Below, piece by piece: positions 8,668 through 18,378 of a stretch of 64,000 bases of DNA. The position numbers and the translations under genes are program-made. Below the pieces are notes generated by a model, which saw only the letters and a list, made by a program, of their open reading frames with translations, was not told the DNA's origin and made no database searches. This DNA is from a virus (lineage: Duplodnaviria > Caudoviricetes): positions 64,001-128,000 of IMG/VR virus record IMGVR_UViG_3300049988_000245; one strand, 5' to 3'. Numbering within the stretch: the first letter of the stretch is position 1; every line of letters begins with the position of its first letter.

Positions 8668-9237
8668 TTACAACCACTTGATAATTGGTTGATCCAAATT
8701 TCCTGTTTCCCAAACGAACCATGCGAAAGCCAACATGCTGGACGATTTCGGCTTGTTCTCGCCATCGCGGTTCATTTTTAACCTGTACGTAAACACGTAA
8801 ACGGTTTTGGGAGGGAATTTTTCGAAGAACGCCTTTCGCTTCTTCCCTTCTAAGAACTGGAGCTTCAGCAGCATCGCCACCTTACCATCAGCCTGCGCGA
8901 GCGAATGCCGGACGAAACGCTCGGCATACTTGTAAGGAGGATTGGTGATGATGTGGTTGACCCGTCGAGACTCGTTGAAGAAGTCGAGCCCGCCTTGGCC
9001 GTATCCTCGGTCGATTAGGTCGGTCGCCAGAACGATGTGCCCGGTTTCTTCCAGAACCTTGCAGATCGCTCCATCACCACACGCTGGCTCCCACACAAGA
9101 CCTGGGAATTCCTCGACCGCGAGCAGCGCTTCCACGGCGTTCCGGGGCGTGGGGTAGAAGTCGTTCTCGGGGCGGCCTTTGGATGTGCCGGAAATGCTCT
9201 GCGCGCGACGCAGACGGATCGCTGAAGTGTCTTCCAT
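8668..9237 (-). CDS. Orphan DNA N6-adenine methyltransferase (phage type)
   Basis: DFYPTP, WEPACGDG (motif I), IITNPPY (motif IV). Confidence 0.9.
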   Translation of the reverse strand: MEDTSAIRLRRAQSISGTSKGRPENDFYPTPRNAVEALLAVEEFPGLVWEPACGDGAICKVLEETGHIVLATDLIDRGYGQGGLDFFNESRRVNHIITNPPYKYAERFVRHSLAQADGKVAMLLKLQFLEGKKRKAFFEKFPPKTVYVFTYRLKMNRDGENKPKSSSMLAFAWFVWETGNLDQPIIKWL

Positions 9238-9245
9238 TATAGCGG

Positions 9246-9251
9246 TATTTA
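9246..9251 (-). promoter_or_regulatory. Late promoter core TAAATA
   Basis: 9 nt upstream of the MTase ATG. Confidence 0.45.
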
Positions 9252-9321
9252 TTCCACCGCCTCAGGAGCAACCGATTATTAACCATTTTTCGGTAGACCA
9301 ATTTTCGTTCGACCATACCGC

Positions 9322-9361
9322 TTGACGTTCTCTCAAAACCGCGTATATTCAACTCATCAGC
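9322..9361 (+). promoter_or_regulatory. Early promoter (conserved motif)
   Basis: TTGACG-N16-TATATT-caactcATCAGC. Confidence 0.75.
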
Positions 9362-9399
9362 CGCATAGAGACGGCGCCAACACAGGAACGGATCACACC

Positions 9400-10329
9400 A
9401 TGAACACCGCTTTCACCGCCACCTCCGAGATCGCTCTCTCCCTCGCCGCTTCCGCTGCTGAGCGCGCCGCCCAGGCCACCCAGAAGGGCATCAAGGGGAT
9501 CATGACCGGCCGGTCGGACACCTTCCGGGTCAACCCGTTCGACATCGATGTGGTCGCTGGTTTCAACCTTCGCGGCTTCGACTCCGAGGAGGTTCAGGCC
9601 GACCTCGTCCACCTCGCTCAGGACATCAAGACCCGTGGCGTCCAGCAGAGCCTGAAGGTTCGTCTCGACAGCCGTGACAACCGCCTGAAGCTGGTCGATG
9701 GCGAGCGTCGTCTCCGGGCCACCATCTACGCGATCAACTTCCTCGACGCCTCCGACATCACCGAGGTCCCGGTCGTGCTGGTTCGCGGCAAGTCGGACGC
9801 CGACCTGATCGCCGAGCAGTTCGCCTCGAACACCGACGATCTGCGCAAGGACTTCAACGAGGTCGAGCAGGCCAACGGCATCCAGCGTCTGATCGGCTTC
9901 GGCTGGGATGACACGAAGATCGCCGCCCAGACCGGCCTCAAGATGGCCCGTGTGAAGCGTCTCGTGGCGATCCTCGAACTCCCCACGGTGGTGTCCGATC
10001 TGGTTCGTGCGGACAAGGTCTCGGCCACCTACGCCCTGGAGGTGGTGAAGAACTCGGCCAACACCGAGGCTGCTGTCGAGACCCTGGAGAAGGGCCTTGC
10101 GGTTGCTGCGGAGAAGGGCGGCACCAAGGTGATGCGCAAGCACGTCACCCGCGCCGAGACCCCGGCTCTCCCCGGCAAGGCGTCCCCCCGCACGGTCCTC
10201 AAGAGCGTTGCGGAGGACTTCAAGACGGGTGAGGAAGTCGAGTCCACCAACGATGGTGTGACCACGGTGGCCTTCCACTTCACCCCCGAGGTCGCGGCCC
10301 GGATCAAGGCGGCCCTCGCCGGTCTCTGA
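9400..10329 (+). CDS. ParB/Srx-family protein
   Basis: LAQDIKTRGVQQSLKV..LVDGERRLRA (ParB arginine patch), then HTH and C-terminal extension. Confidence 0.85.
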   Translation: MNTAFTATSEIALSLAASAAERAAQATQKGIKGIMTGRSDTFRVNPFDIDVVAGFNLRGFDSEEVQADLVHLAQDIKTRGVQQSLKVRLDSRDNRLKLVDGERRLRATIYAINFLDASDITEVPVVLVRGKSDADLIAEQFASNTDDLRKDFNEVEQANGIQRLIGFGWDDTKIAAQTGLKMARVKRLVAILELPTVVSDLVRADKVSATYALEVVKNSANTEAAVETLEKGLAVAAEKGGTKVMRKHVTRAETPALPGKASPRTVLKSVAEDFKTGEEVESTNDGVTTVAFHFTPEVAARIKAALAGL

Positions 10330-10348
10330 TACGAGACCTTGGCGAACA

Positions 10349-10370
10349 CCCCCGGCAATCGTGCCGGGGG
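10349..10370 (+). terminator. Hairpin terminator
   Basis: CCCCCGGCA-ATCG-TGCCGGGGG perfect stem after ParB stop. Confidence 0.75.
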
Positions 10371-10499
10371 TTACTCTGTTGAAAGGGGACCTGTGATGAC
10401 GAAGAGCGATTTCATGTGGGAGTTCGGTCCTGCCCTGTATGGAAGCACCCTGGGTCTCGCTGTCGGTTCGATCCTGCTCGCCGGGTTTTATTTCTTCCC

Positions 10500-10760
10500 A
10501 TGAAGTGGGTCCAGACCGACTTGAAGCGGAACTCCGATCGGTGGGTTGCGCGGTTCAAGCTACCACTCCCGCACGGTCAGCGGGGGCTGGACTACACTTT
10601 TGCTTCTCTGTTTGCTCGCAGGTCACAAGCATGGTGTCTGGAGAATTTTGGCAAGCCCCATGCGAGCCATTCGACGAAGTATCGGTGGCACATGGACGGG
10701 TGGACGGCTCACTTCCGGCATGAGGACGATGCCTTCGCGTTCAAGATGCGGTGGTGCTGA
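10500..10760 (+). CDS. FxLRW-family small protein (paralogue)
   Basis: WCLENFG...FRHEDDAFAFKMRWC. Confidence 0.8.
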   Translation: MKWVQTDLKRNSDRWVARFKLPLPHGQRGLDYTFASLFARRSQAWCLENFGKPHASHSTKYRWHMDGWTAHFRHEDDAFAFKMRWC

Positions 10761-10794
10761 GGTGGTGTGGATCATTCGAGACGGAGGAACCAAG

Positions 10795-11094
10795 ATGGCT
10801 CGGTACTACCAGTACACCGACATCGTCGTCCCCGGCGTGCGCCGATTGATCGAGACCGACTTCACCGTGTTCCTGATGAAGGATTGCGATGACACCGTGA
10901 TGGGCGATCTCGAAGTGGTCGAGTGGGCCGCCACCCAAGGGGCACCAATCCACGTGGATAACCATTTCTGGAACCACCCGGTACGCCTCGGCAAGGACCA
11001 TAATCATGCGGCGATCGTCGATGCGTTCGACTCAGCCGTTCTCATGATCCGCGACCCCGATCTGGCCATGGCGTTCAAGCTGAAATTCTGTTGA
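10795..11094 (+). CDS. FxLRW-family small protein
   Basis: ...IRDPDLAMAFKLKFC. Confidence 0.75.
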   Translation: MARYYQYTDIVVPGVRRLIETDFTVFLMKDCDDTVMGDLEVVEWAATQGAPIHVDNHFWNHPVRLGKDHNHAAIVDAFDSAVLMIRDPDLAMAFKLKFC

Positions 11095-11161
11095 GCTTGA
11101 CGCGACCGGGCGATCCGTGTTCGAGAGTTTCGTCGGGCGCTAGTGCCCTGGGGAGCCAGTC

Positions 11162-11377
11162 ATGGTGATGGACAACGACCCGGACGAGAAGCTGATCGGG
11201 CATTTCACGTCGCGATCTTATCATTTGCATCTGTTGCGTGTGAGTACGGGGTACCGGATGGACTCGTTCGATAAGGATGATGTCTCTGGTACGATTTCGC
11301 AGGCACATTATTCCGATCTGCAAAACGCTCAGGTGGCATTCTGTATGAAGCTGCAAGAACTGCTCGCCACGGCTTAA
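11162..11377 (+). CDS. Hypothetical protein
   Basis: ORF track; co-oriented with neighbours. Confidence 0.55.
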   Translation: MVMDNDPDEKLIGHFTSRSYHLHLLRVSTGYRMDSFDKDDVSGTISQAHYSDLQNAQVAFCMKLQELLATA

Positions 11378-11545
11378 CCATTCTCACGAATTCGGCTTGC
11401 ATTCTTTTCGTTTTAAATCACATTGAGGAACCCGCCAGCTAACCACTGGCTAGTCGGATCACGCTGACCGACGAAGTGAAGCCGATTGGTCTCGGCAAAC
11501 TCAGGCGCCGGTCCCCGGAGGGGACGCGATGGTGGTAGCGAAAGG

Positions 11546-11950
11546 ATGGATAGCGTGGAGCCGAAAGCTAGGAAGCGCCCCGTCCCCACCAAGTATTTCA
11601 CTGAACTGGACGGTGGAATTCCGAAGCAATTCGTCCTCCCCATGACGATCAGGCAGAGGCGCCGAATCATGGGGGATTTTGCTGATTCTCAGAGCTTTAA
11701 TCAGCACTGTTGTGACCTCGAAGAGTGGGGCCGCGAGAACCAGATCGAGTTTCAGTTCGGTCTCCTCTACGACGTTCGTGAACGCTATTCTGCGGAGTAC
11801 GATCGCGTCATGACGGCGAACGATATTCCCGACCACGATCGAGAACGAATCCTCAAGGGCCTTCAGGACCGCGAGGAGTACCTGTTCAACGCGTTCTTCT
11901 TCGATAACCGTACCCACGCGTTCATGTTCAAGCTTCGCTGGTTCGGTTGA
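11546..11950 (+). CDS. FxLRW-family protein
   Basis: ...FFFDNRTHAFMFKLRWFG. Confidence 0.75.
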   Translation: MDSVEPKARKRPVPTKYFTELDGGIPKQFVLPMTIRQRRRIMGDFADSQSFNQHCCDLEEWGRENQIEFQFGLLYDVRERYSAEYDRVMTANDIPDHDRERILKGLQDREEYLFNAFFFDNRTHAFMFKLRWFG

Positions 11951-11986
11951 CATCCTACTGAATCCACGTATATTAGGGGAATCAGC
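11947..11986 (+). promoter_or_regulatory. Early promoter (conserved motif)
   Basis: TTGACA-N16-TATATT-aggggaATCAGC, followed by GGAG SD. Confidence 0.8.
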
Positions 11987-11997
11987 AGGAGAGATTC

Positions 11998-12264
11998 ATG
12001 GCCGCGCTCAAGATCGAGATCAACCCGGATATGGACTCGGTTCGGCGCCGCGCCGCGAAGTCGAACAACGACTGGCTGGTCTGGCGCAACCGCGACGGCG
12101 CCACCTGCGCGGCCCGCCGGTCGCTTCCCGCGATCAAGCAGGCGATGCTGGACTGCGGCACCGGCCGGAAGTTCACCATGTACTGTGCCCGGTCGGTCAT
12201 GCCGATGCTGATCGACTGGCGCCTCGGTCTGATCCTCCGGAACAACACCCGTCGCGGGTACTGA
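11998..12264 (+). CDS. Hypothetical early protein
   Basis: Strong SD, GC3-rich codon usage. Confidence 0.75.
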   Translation: MAALKIEINPDMDSVRRRAAKSNNDWLVWRNRDGATCAARRSLPAIKQAMLDCGTGRKFTMYCARSVMPMLIDWRLGLILRNNTRRGY

Positions 12265-12521
12265 TGAGCGAACGGACCTTCCTTCCGGCTGGGGAATCGT
12301 ACCTCACCAGCGTACTTTATCGGGCTCCCGTGGATATGGGCAGTCTGTCCCCGGATTGTAGTGCGATTATAGACTGGCTCGAAGAGGACGGCTTTGAAGG
12401 ATACTACTTCCTAGATAGTCACTCCTCGTACAATACGATTGGCAAACGCGTCTACGTAGATGTCAGCGTACTATTCAGTAACCCCGCTGCGGCATTCAAT
12501 TTCCGCATGAGATGGACTTGA
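12264..12521 (+). CDS. FxLRW-family small protein
   Basis: WLEEDG...LFSNPAAAFNFRMRWT. Confidence 0.75.
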   Translation: MSERTFLPAGESYLTSVLYRAPVDMGSLSPDCSAIIDWLEEDGFEGYYFLDSHSSYNTIGKRVYVDVSVLFSNPAAAFNFRMRWT

Positions 12522-12536
12522 AATCAGGAGATACCC

Positions 12537-13232
12537 ATGGGTGGTTCGATCAAAATCGTGACGCGGTTCTCCAACGGTGAGGTGCAGGGCGACGTTCGCC
12601 ACACCAACAACTTCCCGTTCTGGATTCGCCACCCCCGGTTCATCGAAGGGGACGAGGCGTTCTTCCGCAAGTACGTGGAGATGCCCTCCGAGTACAAGGA
12701 AGGCGACGCCACACTGGCTCCGGACGAGTACGGAGTCGTCGTGATCGACTTCAAGTATCGCACTGTCCACGTGTGCAACAACTACTCTCACCTCGTCAGA
12801 ATTTCGGTTTTCGAACGCGTTCACATGCAGAACAACCAGTTCGGCATCGGCGAGTCCGAGCAGGACGACGAGGCGACGTTCCGTGAGATGCTGGAGAAGG
12901 GTTATCTTTGCTTGGTCGAGCAGAACAGCCTGGGTGATCGACGGGAGATTGAACTCTCCGACGTGACCATGGAAAACTGGAACAACAAGATCGATGCGAA
13001 GTACGGGTTCCAGGCCACCATGAATTCCGACACGAGCTACTCCATCGGAATCAAATACCCCGGCTGGACGATCAAGCAGTACCGGGCGGACGATATCGCG
13101 TCGCACGACGAGCTTCGTCAGAATCTCCGCAACGCGGGCTTCACGATCACTGAAGCGGACGAGCGCAAGTACGTGGCTTGGCGGGACGAGCAGATCGCCA
13201 TGCTGGCGGAGGACGAAGCTCCCCAGGTTTAA
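12537..13232 (+). CDS. Hypothetical protein
   Basis: 231-aa ORF with AGGAG SD. Confidence 0.8.
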   Translation: MGGSIKIVTRFSNGEVQGDVRHTNNFPFWIRHPRFIEGDEAFFRKYVEMPSEYKEGDATLAPDEYGVVVIDFKYRTVHVCNNYSHLVRISVFERVHMQNNQFGIGESEQDDEATFREMLEKGYLCLVEQNSLGDRREIELSDVTMENWNNKIDAKYGFQATMNSDTSYSIGIKYPGWTIKQYRADDIASHDELRQNLRNAGFTITEADERKYVAWRDEQIAMLAEDEAPQV

Positions 13233-13306
13233 CCACGATGCGTTATGCTCATTTCGCGAAATGGGCATAACTGGTATTTTGCGCCATCCATATTGAAGGG
13301 TATACG

Positions 13307-15352
13307 ATGACGATCGAGCGCACCGACCTGATCCCCGGCGTAACCAAGGTTCGTCTGATCGGATACAGCGAATTTCAAAAGTCGCTGCTCACCTTCTGTG
13401 TTGAACCAGCTTCGTTGCGTTTCCGAAACGCGATACCGGCGATCGGTACGGTTGGGGTGGTCGGCGCGTCTTATAATCTGCGGGAAAACTCCATCCCTGT
13501 GCTGTTCGGTGAAGATACCCCGCTGGGCGACAACGAGGTGGACTGCGACCTCAATACGCTGGAAATCATCGAGAACCCGCCCCGGATGGAGCCGTTTCCG
13601 CTCGGTACCAAGGTGAAGCTGGTCAAGGCCGATCCCCGTCATCGGGGCGTGGGTTCGGCCATCCCCACGGTCGGCCTGATCGGCACGATCGATGCGCAGA
13701 CGGCCCCCGCATGGTGCCAGACCGTTCGGTTTAAGGCGACCGATCTCGGCTACGGCTCGCGTGATGATGACGACGATACGATCTGCCTGTACATCCTGCG
13801 CAACTGCCTGGAGCAGTACGTCCCGGTGGATGATGCGCTCCGACAGATCGTCGCCACCCTGAAAGAGGGACCGAAGGAATTCGATCCCGACACGTACCGG
13901 CCCAAGGTCGATCCCGACGCGCTGATCGACGCCCGTGGACATTGGATGAAGACCGAGCCGTTCCTGCGTAGCAGCATGGAGATGTGGTCGGGCAAACACT
14001 TTGACGACAATGTCAGCAGGTCGATGCTGTTCGAGAAAATCGATCTGGAAGAGCATGGCGCGGTCCGGGAGGAAACAAAGCAACTGTTCTTCCTCAGCAG
14101 CGAGTGCTTCGTCTGCCAGAGCAGGTTCGGCTACACCCCCTCGGAGGGTGGCAAGCGCTTCACCGCGTCCACCGAATGCCCGTATCCGGGCGGCATCCCC
14201 GATTACGATGTGCTGCTCGGCGTCCCCTCGGGGCGGATCGTGTTTGCGAACGACCTGCGTGCCCTGGTGGAGATCGAGGAGCCCCGTGGGACCAGCGTGA
14301 ATTCAATGATCGGCCAGCGCCGTAATACGGAGGCACACGCGGCGGCTGGACTGATCATGATCGCCACCGGCAACACCTGTCCGGGTATCTGGCGGCGGCC
14401 CGATGGGACGATCAGTATCGCCAACTTCCGGGGGAATGATCCGCAGGACGATGACGACCACGAGGTCGAGGGCGTGCACACCCCGGTGGAGGAGCGCGGC
14501 GAGGACTTGGGCAGCATCTGCACGGACCTGTGGGACTTCTGCGCGATGGACTACGGGTACTTCGTGAACCGCTGCGCCGCGCTCAACGAGGACCCGAAGG
14601 ATTTCGACATCACGATCGTCGATGTGAAGGCCGGGACCTGGGCGTTCACGGTCCCGAAGAGCACCGGTCGGGACACTGCGACGGAAATCTACTCCACTGG
14701 TCGCTGGACCGATCAGGCGGCGCCGGAGATTCGCCTCCCCGACACAACCCTGTCGGAGACCCTGGCGGAGAGCCAAGCCTGGAAGGGCCTGAAGGATATC
14801 TGGTCGAGCCCGATCTCCTCGAACGGCTACAAGGGCGTCGAATTCGTGCTGATCTGCTTCGGCACCGGCTACGACTGGACCGATGGGCTGCTCCGCACGG
14901 GCACTCGCCGGGAGGACGAGCCGTTCCGGAATCTCACCGACGCCATGCTGGAGCAGCCCCAGGCGGTGCACCCGCTGGACCAGCACGTGCCGGTGTGGCC
15001 GAACTTCGCCTATCCAATGGGGGAAGCCTTCCTCGGTCAGGAGCCGGGCATCTCGCCGATGTTCCCGCTTTCCATGGGCTACGCGAAGGTCTCGAAAATC
15101 CCGCAGAATGTCGATCCGTGGTGGCTCGCGCTCTCGGTCATGTACGTGAAGGCGATGAAGGATCGAACGGACCTATTCATGACCCGCCATGGCTACACGG
15201 CGGAGAAGCAGCAGGCCGGGATGAATCTGATCTATTCGATGCTGCTCGATCTGGTGGAGGTTCGTGGAGGGATCGACTGGATGCGCCCGTACTTCCGGGA
15301 GTGGCTGGCCGTGGATCAGGAACTTCTTCTGAAGAATCCGCCCCATGCGTGA
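13307..15352 (+). CDS. Large hypothetical protein (N-terminal repeated SH3-like segments)
   Basis: 681-aa ORF; two similar TKV.L....IP..G.VG segments. Confidence 0.8.
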   Translation: MTIERTDLIPGVTKVRLIGYSEFQKSLLTFCVEPASLRFRNAIPAIGTVGVVGASYNLRENSIPVLFGEDTPLGDNEVDCDLNTLEIIENPPRMEPFPLGTKVKLVKADPRHRGVGSAIPTVGLIGTIDAQTAPAWCQTVRFKATDLGYGSRDDDDDTICLYILRNCLEQYVPVDDALRQIVATLKEGPKEFDPDTYRPKVDPDALIDARGHWMKTEPFLRSSMEMWSGKHFDDNVSRSMLFEKIDLEEHGAVREETKQLFFLSSECFVCQSRFGYTPSEGGKRFTASTECPYPGGIPDYDVLLGVPSGRIVFANDLRALVEIEEPRGTSVNSMIGQRRNTEAHAAAGLIMIATGNTCPGIWRRPDGTISIANFRGNDPQDDDDHEVEGVHTPVEERGEDLGSICTDLWDFCAMDYGYFVNRCAALNEDPKDFDITIVDVKAGTWAFTVPKSTGRDTATEIYSTGRWTDQAAPEIRLPDTTLSETLAESQAWKGLKDIWSSPISSNGYKGVEFVLICFGTGYDWTDGLLRTGTRREDEPFRNLTDAMLEQPQAVHPLDQHVPVWPNFAYPMGEAFLGQEPGISPMFPLSMGYAKVSKIPQNVDPWWLALSVMYVKAMKDRTDLFMTRHGYTAEKQQAGMNLIYSMLLDLVEVRGGIDWMRPYFREWLAVDQELLLKNPPHA

Positions 15353-15587
15353 GCCTCGATACGACTTCATCCCTCTCAGTCGAGAGGGATACCACTACGA
15401 CCATAAGTTCGTGATTCGGGAAGACGGCGAATTCTTCAGGAGTAAGTACGACCCGATTCCAAGCGAGGTTGTTGCTTGGCTAGAAGAGCACGTCGGTACG
15501 TACGGCTACGACTACACGAATATCGACGGAGATGTTTGGATATCCGGATCGAAGAAAGCGTTCGAATTTCGTATGCGCTGGTGCTGA
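15345..15587 (+). CDS. FxLRW-family small protein
   Basis: WLEEHVG...SKKAFEFRMRWC. Confidence 0.8.
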   Translation: MREPRYDFIPLSREGYHYDHKFVIREDGEFFRSKYDPIPSEVVAWLEEHVGTYGYDYTNIDGDVWISGSKKAFEFRMRWC

Positions 15588-15602
15588 ATTGAGGGGCATA
15601 AA

Positions 15603-15851
15603 ATGAGCGAGAACGGAATCGGTATAAGGTCGGACCATTACGTTCGGACCTGGGGCCTTGGCTTTGGTTTCGGTGGCAAGACCGTTCGCTTGACCAACGA
15701 ACAGTTCTGGTTTGCCATGCTGGACGGAAGAATTCGGTACAGCCTGGGCGAGATTGCGCGGCGAACGGTGTGGAATATGACGGTGGAGCAGTACGAGAGC
15801 CAGCGCCATCCCGGCGCAGATGCCGCCTGCATCTCGTTCGACGACGCGTGA
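15603..15851 (+). CDS. Hypothetical protein
   Basis: ORF track; GAGG SD. Confidence 0.65.
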   Translation: MSENGIGIRSDHYVRTWGLGFGFGGKTVRLTNEQFWFAMLDGRIRYSLGEIARRTVWNMTVEQYESQRHPGADAACISFDDA

Positions 15852-16066
15852 GCGGCTGCAAGTATATCCCGGAGGGGAATGGCTATGGCGTTCGCTTTAT
15901 GCTTCCGGACAGGGATGACTGGAAAGTCGAAGCCCTACGGGAACTCACCAACTGGCTCACCGATGAATTCGGTGAGCCTCATATGATGCGATGGTATCAA
16001 ATGCAGTGGATCATCTATATCCCTGACCCGACCATCGCAATGGCGTTTCGGCTACGTTGGTGCTGA
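15848..16066 (+). CDS. FxLRW-family small protein
   Basis: WLTDEFG...IPDPTIAMAFRLRWC. Confidence 0.8.
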   Translation: MSGCKYIPEGNGYGVRFMLPDRDDWKVEALRELTNWLTDEFGEPHMMRWYQMQWIIYIPDPTIAMAFRLRWC

Positions 16067-16393
16067 CTCGCCGTGGATCGCCCGGAAAGCCTCGCGATCG
16101 ACCGGGAAGATGTTCTCGGTCTCTGAGGTGTCGAACATCTGCTCGTACCGCTCCGGACCGAGAAGCGTCTTGGTCTGTCTCATGAAGCCGGAGAAGTTCG
16201 TTTCGGCCGCGTCGAGGAAACCTTCCGAGGTGAGTTCGCCCCGATCCATTGCCTGACCCAGGCGCTCATGCTCGCCGCGCATCTTGCGTTGGATGGTCAG
16301 GACGTGTTCGAACTCCTCGGGCGTCACCGACACCTTGGTCTGCTCGAACATCGAGTGAAGCTCTTCGCGATCCGTTTGAACGTGACTGTGCAT
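16052..16393 (-). CDS. Hypothetical protein
   Basis: ORF track, ATG at 16393. Confidence 0.6.
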   Translation of the reverse strand: MHSHVQTDREELHSMFEQTKVSVTPEEFEHVLTIQRKMRGEHERLGQAMDRGELTSEGFLDAAETNFSGFMRQTKTLLGPERYEQMFDTSETENIFPVDREAFRAIHGESAPT

Positions 16394-16436
16394 ATGCTGC
16401 CCCTGATGAAAGAGGCAGCATATCTGGTTCGTCGGC

Positions 16437-18314
16437 TTAGATCGATACCTGTCTGCCCAATTCGACGGCACGCTCCGTGGGTATCCGGAAGTGCGCCGAG
16501 GCGTCGGCCTGAGCGGTGGACATCCGGACGAAGAGTGCGTCCTGCCACCAGGGCATCTTAGACGCGCTGGAAACCTTCAGGGTGCGCTTGGACAAGAAGA
16601 AGCTCGTCTTCATCACCTCGAACTTCCAGCCCGCCCTACGACACTGCTTGAGCGCCAGGGGAACGTTCGGGACTTCCATGAACCCGAACCGTAGGCGGAC
16701 CCGCAGGAAGCCGTCGTTCAGGGTCTCGATCCGAACGCGGTCTACTTCTTCCACGCGAGGTTCGTCCACCGTGTCTACGGCGAGAATCACGGTGTTCTGG
16801 TGGAGCACCCGGTTGTGCTTCAGGTTATGCAGGAGCGCCGGGGGCACCTCGTCCGGACGAGGCGTAAAGAACACTGCCGTCCCATCGACGCGATTCTTGA
16901 TTGATTTGGCCAGCGTCGGGATATAGTCGAGCAGGTCAAGAGCTTCCTTGCTCTGCTTGGTCGAGAGTAGTTCCGAACCCTTCCGCCACGTGATCATCGC
17001 GACCATCAGGAGAGCGCCGAACAGCACCGGGAGCCAGCCGCCGTCGAACACCTTCAGTGAGTTGGCCGACAGGAACACCATGTCGAGGGCCAGGAACGGC
17101 GTCATCAGCATGACAGCGAGCGGCATCGGGACCCGCCAGACCTTCCAGGCGACGAAGAACGCCAGCAGCGCGGTCATCACCATGGTCCCGGACACCGCGA
17201 TCCCGTATGCGGAGATCAGCGCCTCGGAGGACCGGAACGACAGCACCACCATGACGACTCCGGTGAGCAGCATCCAGTTGATCTGAGGAACGTAGATTTG
17301 CCCCCGCTCGGTCTCCGAGGTCGGTCGAATCACCATTCGGGGGAGCAGCTTCAACTGGATCGCCTGCTGGGTGAGCGAGAACGCCCCGGTGATCGCGGCC
17401 TGCGCGGCGATGATCGTCGCCAGCGTGGCGAGCAGCACCATCGGGATCAGCGCCCATTCCGGAAACATCAGGAAGAACGGATTCTCCGCATGCTCCGGGT
17501 GAGCCATCAGGAATGCGCCCTGGCCCAAATAATTCAGACCCAGACAGGGGAAGATGAAGCCGATCCACGCGACTTGAATCGGAGTCCGGCCGAAGTGACC
17601 CATGTCCGCGTATAGCGCCTCCGCTCCGGTAACTGCGAGGAACACCGAACCGAGCACCAGCATAGAGGCGAGGCCGTGGTGGAGTAGGAAGTCGAGCGCG
17701 TGGAGCGGGTTCAGGGCCGCCAGGATAGCCGTGTTCTCCCAGATGTAGGGAAGACCAACCAGGGCCATCAGACCGAACCACAGGGCCATCACGGGGCCAA
17801 AGAACGTGGCAACTCGCGCCGTACCCCGGCTCTGCACCACGAACAGGCTGATCAGGATGACCAGGGCGAGCGAAACCACGTAGGGTTTGAACGCGGAGGA
17901 GACCAGATTCAGCCCCTCGACCGCTGACAGAACCGAGACCGCCGGAGTCAGCACGGCGTCTCCATAGAACAGGGCGGCGCCGATCATCCCAAGTATCACG
18001 ACGTACTTGGCTCCGCCCATGGCCTTAAACGCCAGTGCGGTGAGTGCAAGAATCCCGCCCTCACGGTCATTGTCCGCCCACATAATGAGGCCGACATATT
18101 TCACCGTGACGGTCAGGAACAACGTCCAGAGGACCAGGGAGACCAGGGAGACGATCAGGTCGGGGGAATGTGCTCCGGCGCCGGAGGCGACCTTCAGGGT
18201 CTCCTTGAGCGCATACAAGGGGGAGGTGCCGATATCCCCATAGACGACACCGGTCGAGCCGAGAGCCAGTGTGAACAGGCCCGCCTTATGCGGGACCGTG
18301 GTGGTGGATGACAT
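16437..18314 (-). CDS. kup: KUP/HAK/KT family potassium uptake transporter
   Basis: GVVYGDIGTSPLY, GEGG-like REGGILAL, EALYADMGHFG, GQIYVPQINW, HNLKHNRVLH, FGFME; intact 625 aa. Confidence 0.97.
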   Translation of the reverse strand: MSSTTTVPHKAGLFTLALGSTGVVYGDIGTSPLYALKETLKVASGAGAHSPDLIVSLVSLVLWTLFLTVTVKYVGLIMWADNDREGGILALTALAFKAMGGAKYVVILGMIGAALFYGDAVLTPAVSVLSAVEGLNLVSSAFKPYVVSLALVILISLFVVQSRGTARVATFFGPVMALWFGLMALVGLPYIWENTAILAALNPLHALDFLLHHGLASMLVLGSVFLAVTGAEALYADMGHFGRTPIQVAWIGFIFPCLGLNYLGQGAFLMAHPEHAENPFFLMFPEWALIPMVLLATLATIIAAQAAITGAFSLTQQAIQLKLLPRMVIRPTSETERGQIYVPQINWMLLTGVVMVVLSFRSSEALISAYGIAVSGTMVMTALLAFFVAWKVWRVPMPLAVMLMTPFLALDMVFLSANSLKVFDGGWLPVLFGALLMVAMITWRKGSELLSTKQSKEALDLLDYIPTLAKSIKNRVDGTAVFFTPRPDEVPPALLHNLKHNRVLHQNTVILAVDTVDEPRVEEVDRVRIETLNDGFLRVRLRFGFMEVPNVPLALKQCRRAGWKFEVMKTSFFLSKRTLKVSSASKMPWWQDALFVRMSTAQADASAHFRIPTERAVELGRQVSI

Positions 18315-18378
18315 GTGGGTGATCCATTGGAGGAGGCGACGTTCTACACCTCTCTCATTGGTTCGACCAAATTGAATT

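Noticed and set aside
9349-10278. Long antisense ORFs (e.g. 9349-10278, 50240-51463, 14530-15414)
   Set aside because: Shadow frames of GC3-rich genes on the other strand or frame
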